Below, piece by piece: positions 59,212 to 64,000 of a stretch of 64,000 nucleotides of DNA (within the stretch, counting starts at the first letter, position 1; each line of letters opens with the position of its first letter). The stretch covers positions 288,001-352,000 of the forward strand of contig CAVTRY010000022.1 of assembly GCA_963737265.1 (NCBI GenBank), given 5' to 3'. Under the pieces are notes generated by a model that ran no database searches, had not been told where the DNA came from, and saw only the letters and a list, made by a program, of their open reading frames with translations. This stretch comes from an uncultured delta proteobacterium (GTDB lineage Bacteria; Myxococcota_A; Polyangia; Fen-1088). A program made the position numbers and the translations under genes.

Positions 59212-60612
59212 CTAGCCCCGACCGATTGCGGCGAGGTTGTGAAAGTAGCGGTGGAACATGGCGATGCCGCCCGCAGCCTGGGACCAAGCGAAGCTCTCGT
59301 TGATGGCGTGGTAGCCATCCTCGGGAAGCGACAGGCCAAGCAGCACGACCTCTTTGCGCAGAACCTTAGTCATGGTCACGACCGCGCCAATCGAGCCGCC
59401 CTCGCGCGTGAGCGCGGGCTTTTTGCCGAAGGTTTCGAGCGAGGCCCGAACCGCTGCCTGCAAAAAAGGACCGGTCGTGTCGGCAAGATAGGGCTCGAGA
59501 GCTGCCTCGAAGATGACCTTGGCGTCAGGACACCTACTGGCGATGAAGCTCTTGATGCGGCGAAGGACTTGGGCTGGCTTTTGGTCGGCGACCAGGCGAC
59601 ACGACAGCTTGGCTTCCGCGGAGTGAGGAACGATGGTCTTGACGCCCGGGCCGCAGTAGCCACCCACGATGCCATGCACCTCGAACGTCGGCGCCGTCAT
59701 GATGGCCTCGCGAAGGCGGGCGTCATCGGAAAAGCGCAGGCTGCGCAAGCCGTGCGCCTTTTGGAATTTCGCCCGAGCAAACCCTGTCAGCGCCAGCTCG
59801 CGGCGCTCGCTTGCGGTGGGTTTGCGGATGTCGTCATAGAAATGCGGAATGCGGACGCGACCGGTGCGGGCGTCGTAGCATTCCGCGATGAGTGCGCACA
59901 GCTCGCCGATTGGATTGCGTGCGGCGCCGCCGGTGGTTCCCGAGTGCACGGCCTTGTCGCCCGTTTGCAGGCGCACCAGGAAGCCGAGCAGTCCGCGCAA
60001 AGCGTAAGGAATCGCCGGCTGTCCCGCGGAGGGCCAAATGGTGTCCGACACCATGATCGAATCGGTGTGCAGTGCCGGCTGTCCCGGGCGACCTTTGACC
60101 AGCGCAGTGAGCGCCGCCGCAAAGCTCGGGCTGCCGATCTCTTCCTCGCACTCCCACAGAAATTGAAAATTGAGCTTCGCCGAGGCCGCCACGGCCAGCC
60201 GGGCCGCCAGCAGCGCGGCGAGCGCCGGGCCCTTGTCGTCGGTAGCACCGCGCCCGTGCAAGCGATCGCCGATGCATTCGAGCTTGAAGGGCGAGGTTCG
60301 CCAACCCTCGCTGTCGGCCGGCTGAACGTCGAGGTGATTGTAGATGGTGACGGTCGGAAACGCTGGGTCTTGAATCAGGCGGCCGAGCACGAGCGGCAGG
60401 CCCGCGGTCTCGACTAGCGCGGCTTCGGCGCCGCTTTCGCGCAGGTACGCGCAGGCAAGCTCGGCGCAGCGCCGAACGTCCGGGTGGCGCTGCGGCTCCA
60501 TGCTGACGGAGGGAAGGGCGACCAGGGCCGCGAGTTTGTCTGCAAATTCCTCGCGCAGATTGGAAATCTCCCGGCGGAGTTGCACAGAATTTTTCGATGA
60601 CGTGCTTTTCAC
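59212..60612 (-). CDS. M20-family metallopeptidase (dipeptidase-like)
   Basis: YNHLDVQP, GRGATDDKG, EEEIGS, HSG, GGSI, HAINE. Confidence 0.9.
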   Translation of the reverse strand: MKSTSSKNSVQLRREISNLREEFADKLAALVALPSVSMEPQRHPDVRRCAELACAYLRESGAEAALVETAGLPLVLGRLIQDPAFPTVTIYNHLDVQPADSEGWRTSPFKLECIGDRLHGRGATDDKGPALAALLAARLAVAASAKLNFQFLWECEEEIGSPSFAAALTALVKGRPGQPALHTDSIMVSDTIWPSAGQPAIPYALRGLLGFLVRLQTGDKAVHSGTTGGAARNPIGELCALIAECYDARTGRVRIPHFYDDIRKPTASERRELALTGFARAKFQKAHGLRSLRFSDDARLREAIMTAPTFEVHGIVGGYCGPGVKTIVPHSAEAKLSCRLVADQKPAQVLRRIKSFIASRCPDAKVIFEAALEPYLADTTGPFLQAAVRASLETFGKKPALTREGGSIGAVVTMTKVLRKEVVLLGLSLPEDGYHAINESFAWSQAAGGIAMFHRYFHNLAAIGRG

Positions 60613-60691
60613 AGCTCAATATTACCAGACGGCATAGTGCGGGCCTCGCCCGCAACGACTCGCCCGTGAACCGCTCCGTCGTCCGGAACTT

Positions 60692-62203
60692 CTACTGCCC
60701 CTGGATGCGGTAGACGGAAAAGAGCTCGTCGCCGACCATGGTCGGGCGGCTGGCAAAGAGCAGGGTGCGAGTGATTCCGGCCGGCGGGTCGGGAAGCCAT
60801 TCCATCGTGACGATCAACACGGGACTCTGCCGCTCGTGCAAGATCGCGACCGCACGGTTCATCAGCTCGACCGGCGAGAACGGACGACGGCGGCTGTGGA
60901 AGACCACGTCATCGTGGAACTCCGCGGTTTCGGCGGCGTAAAATGGCTTGTGCAGATAGCCGGCGACTGCGGCGGCGTAGTAATCCGGGCCACCGGCAAT
61001 GGGAAGGTCTTGTAGGCCCGACCGGCGGATGAAGGCGGCGGCATCGCGCGCCCCCGAGAAGACCTCACGGGTGTCGAGGACAGCCCCGGCAACGAAACTC
61101 TTCGACTGAATGGCCAGGATCCCGACCAGCAGCACCGTCGAGAGCCAGTGCGAGCGCCTGGGAAATTGACTGCGCAATAGCCAGCACACGCCGACGAAGA
61201 GCATGAAGAAATGCCCCCAATGGCGAGTCGTTCCAATGAAACGCACCTGCTGGAACACCATCATGGTGGCGAGCGCAGCCGCATACATCACCATGAGCCG
61301 CCATGCCGGGTAGAGGGCAAGGGTTGTAAGAAGCAAGAGGGCACCGCCCACGTATTTGGACCACCCCGATGGATCGTCCCAAAGCGCGCAGGATGCGTTC
61401 CAAAACTCCAGCGTCGTGAACTTCCGCCAGGGCAGAAAGCCCACGTTCACACGGTACAGCATATCGGGCAATGCCGAAGACGTGAATGCACCGAAGTTGA
61501 AGGCGGGGGAAAACGGATTCGGATCGGGTGGCTCGGTGGTGAAAACGCAAAACACCATCGCGGCGGTGACTATGGCGAAAACGGCTAGCAGGCGGGGCGA
61601 AGTAACGAGGACGTACTCGGTCGGCCGCGAGCCCGGTCGCGCATTCGACATCCTGAACTGATCCAGGACGAAGAATCCGAGCAGGAAGATGCACATGAAC
61701 AGGCCGTAAATGCTGGTGAGCGAGAGCAGAGCGAGCGCTAGGGCAATGGCGAAGTGGCGGACGCGATAGGGATGGTAGAAGGCGCAGAACAGGCACAAGA
61801 GCAGCCAACCGAGCACGTAGTTGCGCGCAATGACGGCGTACTCGTAACCGAAATAGTACGAGAAGATCATCAGCACCTTGAGGTAGCGCGGGAACGGCGC
61901 AAAACGCACGAGCACGACCGCCGCCGCCATGGCCGCCGCGGCGGTGGCCGCCTGAATGCCCCAGGCCGACTCCGTGAACCAGGTCCACACGTGGAGGTAC
62001 CAGAACCAGAGCGGCGGATGGCCCTCGTAGATTCGGTCCCCGGTGACAAGCTCGGCGAACCCGTGGGCCGCCCGCGACAGGCTCCAGGCGTGGATCTCGT
62101 CGCGCCACATCTCGTGGTGGACATGCATCCAAATCAGAAAGGCCAAGTAGGGGATGCAGACGAGCAGGGTGAAAGTCCACCCCGATTCTCGGTCCTTGGT
62201 CAT
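60692..62203 (-). CDS. Polytopic membrane protein, probable GT-C glycosyltransferase
   Basis: HHEMWRDE, YEGHPPLW, YEYAVIARNY; about 10 TM helices. Confidence 0.7.
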   Translation of the reverse strand: MTKDRESGWTFTLLVCIPYLAFLIWMHVHHEMWRDEIHAWSLSRAAHGFAELVTGDRIYEGHPPLWFWYLHVWTWFTESAWGIQAATAAAAMAAAVVLVRFAPFPRYLKVLMIFSYYFGYEYAVIARNYVLGWLLLCLFCAFYHPYRVRHFAIALALALLSLTSIYGLFMCIFLLGFFVLDQFRMSNARPGSRPTEYVLVTSPRLLAVFAIVTAAMVFCVFTTEPPDPNPFSPAFNFGAFTSSALPDMLYRVNVGFLPWRKFTTLEFWNASCALWDDPSGWSKYVGGALLLLTTLALYPAWRLMVMYAAALATMMVFQQVRFIGTTRHWGHFFMLFVGVCWLLRSQFPRRSHWLSTVLLVGILAIQSKSFVAGAVLDTREVFSGARDAAAFIRRSGLQDLPIAGGPDYYAAAVAGYLHKPFYAAETAEFHDDVVFHSRRRPFSPVELMNRAVAILHERQSPVLIVTMEWLPDPPAGITRTLLFASRPTMVGDELFSVYRIQGQ

Positions 62204-62226
62204 AAGCTTGAGCGGGCGGGGTAGGG

Positions 62227-63027
62227 TCACTGGCCGTAGACCGAAATGCGCTTGAGGTGAAAGTAGTCGGTGCCCGGGCGCTGGAAGCGGATCTTCTGCG
62301 CGCGCACGGGGGCGATGTCGTATTTCCACGTCGAAAACGGCGAACGCCGTTCGGCCACGAGCTGCCAGGTGTCTCCCCTGAGAACTTTCACGTCGAGGGG
62401 AAGCGCCCGTTCTTTGCAGCAGCCGTCCCGGTTTTCGACCAGCAGGCCGCGGATCACATGTTCGTCGCCAAGATCGATTTCGACGTAGGGGTCAGGGGAG
62501 GCGGCGGTGTGAAAGAAGTGCTCTTTGTCGCTTGCTGGCCCAAGCCCAGTGCGGGGAAAGTCAAGGATGGTGCTGCTTGCGATCCAGGGTCTTCCTGCCG
62601 CCAAATCCCGCGGGAACAAGCGCCCACGAAGATCGGGCGAGATGGCACTGCCCAAGAGCAGGACGACCGCGGTGACCACGGCCAGGGCACTTGCAAGCAC
62701 CGCAAGTCCGGCGGTCAGCGCTCGAAGAGGCTCCTGGGCGCGGGTCAGCGCGCGGTGAGCAGCGTCGGCACAATCCGTCTCGGCGTCGCCCTCGACCGGA
62801 ACGAGTTCCAACGCAACGAGCTCCCGCAGTCCATTTGCCGCCCGACGGTAGACACGGTCGGAGCGCAGCGTCCAAGCGCGCACCCTGCGCACGCGCAGAC
62901 CGTCCGCGCACTGGCACAGCACCTGCGCGCGCCGGAGGCGCAACCGGTTTTTGCGCCAAAAGCGCAATCCGCCGAGAACCGTCGGCAGTGGGGAGAGGAT
63001 GGCCTGGCGGATGAGTTTGAACGACAT
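62227..63027 (-). CDS. Membrane-anchored discoidin/F5-8 type C (F-type-lectin-like) domain protein
   Basis: TM helix, then FFHT...PYVEIDLG...NRDGCCKERA. Confidence 0.7.
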   Translation of the reverse strand: MSFKLIRQAILSPLPTVLGGLRFWRKNRLRLRRAQVLCQCADGLRVRRVRAWTLRSDRVYRRAANGLRELVALELVPVEGDAETDCADAAHRALTRAQEPLRALTAGLAVLASALAVVTAVVLLLGSAISPDLRGRLFPRDLAAGRPWIASSTILDFPRTGLGPASDKEHFFHTAASPDPYVEIDLGDEHVIRGLLVENRDGCCKERALPLDVKVLRGDTWQLVAERRSPFSTWKYDIAPVRAQKIRFQRPGTDYFHLKRISVYGQ

Positions 63028-63381
63028 GAGACTGGAAGGGGTGAGCTTAGAAGCTCCGGCACGCAGGACACAAGACTTCTATGACAGGCCGTCTGCCCAG
63101 GCTCACCTCACGCGCTCTCTTGTCGGGGTGATCGGCGCCAGATCCAACACGGAGAACGGAATCACCCATTGAGCATGACCGCCACCGCACCACGAGCAAG
63201 ACCGAAAGCAAACGCTCGACGGCCAGCGGCCCACCCGTGGAGCAGACGCAGGCCCACGACGGGGCGAGCCTCGACGCGGTCGAATCCGCCGGGGCGTAGC
63301 CACGCCGGGGCCAGACCATCTACAATCCATGCTGGAGTTGCCGGAACGGTTGTAGCGGGCCAGGGCGGGAAGACTTGGGTT

Positions 63382-63453
63382 CCTGCCGCCGGGGAAGGGG
63401 TCGTTCTGGACGTCGACGAGAATCAGCGCGTGGCGGTCGTGCGTGTCGGCCAT
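63382..63453 (-). pseudogene. Remnant of a nicotinamidase/isochorismatase N-terminus
   Basis: HALILVDVQNDPFPGG resembles the ALIVVDVQNDFxPGG motif; similarity stops immediately afterwards. Confidence 0.55.
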
Positions 63454-63976
63454 CGCGAAATCATGTGGCGGTCTGCGTTGGTTGCCATCATGGGGTCACA
63501 CACAGGCTCTTGGGGCGGGAACACTGGTTCGAAATCGGGGTCGTCGTGAAACTCGGTTCGCACCTTGTGGTGATCCGGGTGTGAGGTGTCATTGACAACA
63601 CCTTTCCACATCCTGTAGTGGCGCTCAAGCCGCTGACGGTAGGCCGCGTCATTGGCGATCATGTCCTCGAAGAGGTCGAGCAGGGCGTCCGACATCGACG
63701 ACTGCGGGTTCAAGGGGTCGAGGAATGTCTGTCCCTCGTCGTCGAACGGGGCTTGGGGAGGCTCGAAGGCGTGGCTGATGGTCGCGACGTGCTTGCGGCT
63801 CTTCGTGTCGATGACGTTGAGCACGACTCGCCGGCAGTCGCATCCAGGATCGACGCAGTAGAACTCGATGAAAAGGAAGGTATGCCCCGGCAGGTTGCCG
63901 AGATCGACCGGCGTAGCGGTACGCTCTCGTTCTTTGCCTCCTCGGGAAACAGGAGGTGGAAGGCCATCAAGCTCAT
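63423..63976 (-). CDS. Hypothetical Cys-motif protein with an apparent frameshift near 63925
   Basis: MSLMAFHLLFPEEAKNE joins RTATPVDLGNLPGHTFLFIEFYCVDPGCDCRRVVLNV...FLDPLNPQS...RLERHY after a one-base shift. Confidence 0.6.
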
Positions 63977-64000
63977 GGCGTGCTTCTGGTACGACTGGCT

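Noticed and set aside
63030-63380. Possible riboswitch or sRNA in the long intergenic stretch
   Set aside because: Only short hairpins are present and no family consensus was recognised; an Rfam/Infernal scan would be needed

Overview
This is a GC-rich, mostly housekeeping chromosomal segment. Gene content (pilBTCS order, several PilZ/TIGR02266-type proteins, Ser/Thr kinase plus PP2C, SspB, CxxxY-type CcmE) points to a Myxococcota/deltaproteobacterial host, which is an inference. It carries yidC, trmB, uvrB, thiE, a type IV pilus cluster lacking pilR/pilA, a HelD-like ATPase, the SRP RNA gene, folB/def/ribA/trpS, a VapBC module, trpB2, plsY/ppnP/bioB, a lytic transglycosylase and tatA. The most notable block (46.5-55.9 kb) is an anaerobic H2 module: rex, with two clear Rex boxes, precedes a receiver protein, a trimeric HydCBA [FeFe]-hydrogenase of electron-bifurcating type, a sensory [FeFe]-hydrogenase fused directly to a histidine kinase, a second receiver and a hybrid kinase. 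Other points of interest are a sigma54-type promoter positioned at the SRP RNA start, two MITE-like repeat families, and single-base frameshifts in trmB, the transglycosylase and the last gene that look like sequencing errors. All calls come from reading motifs by eye; no database searches were run.
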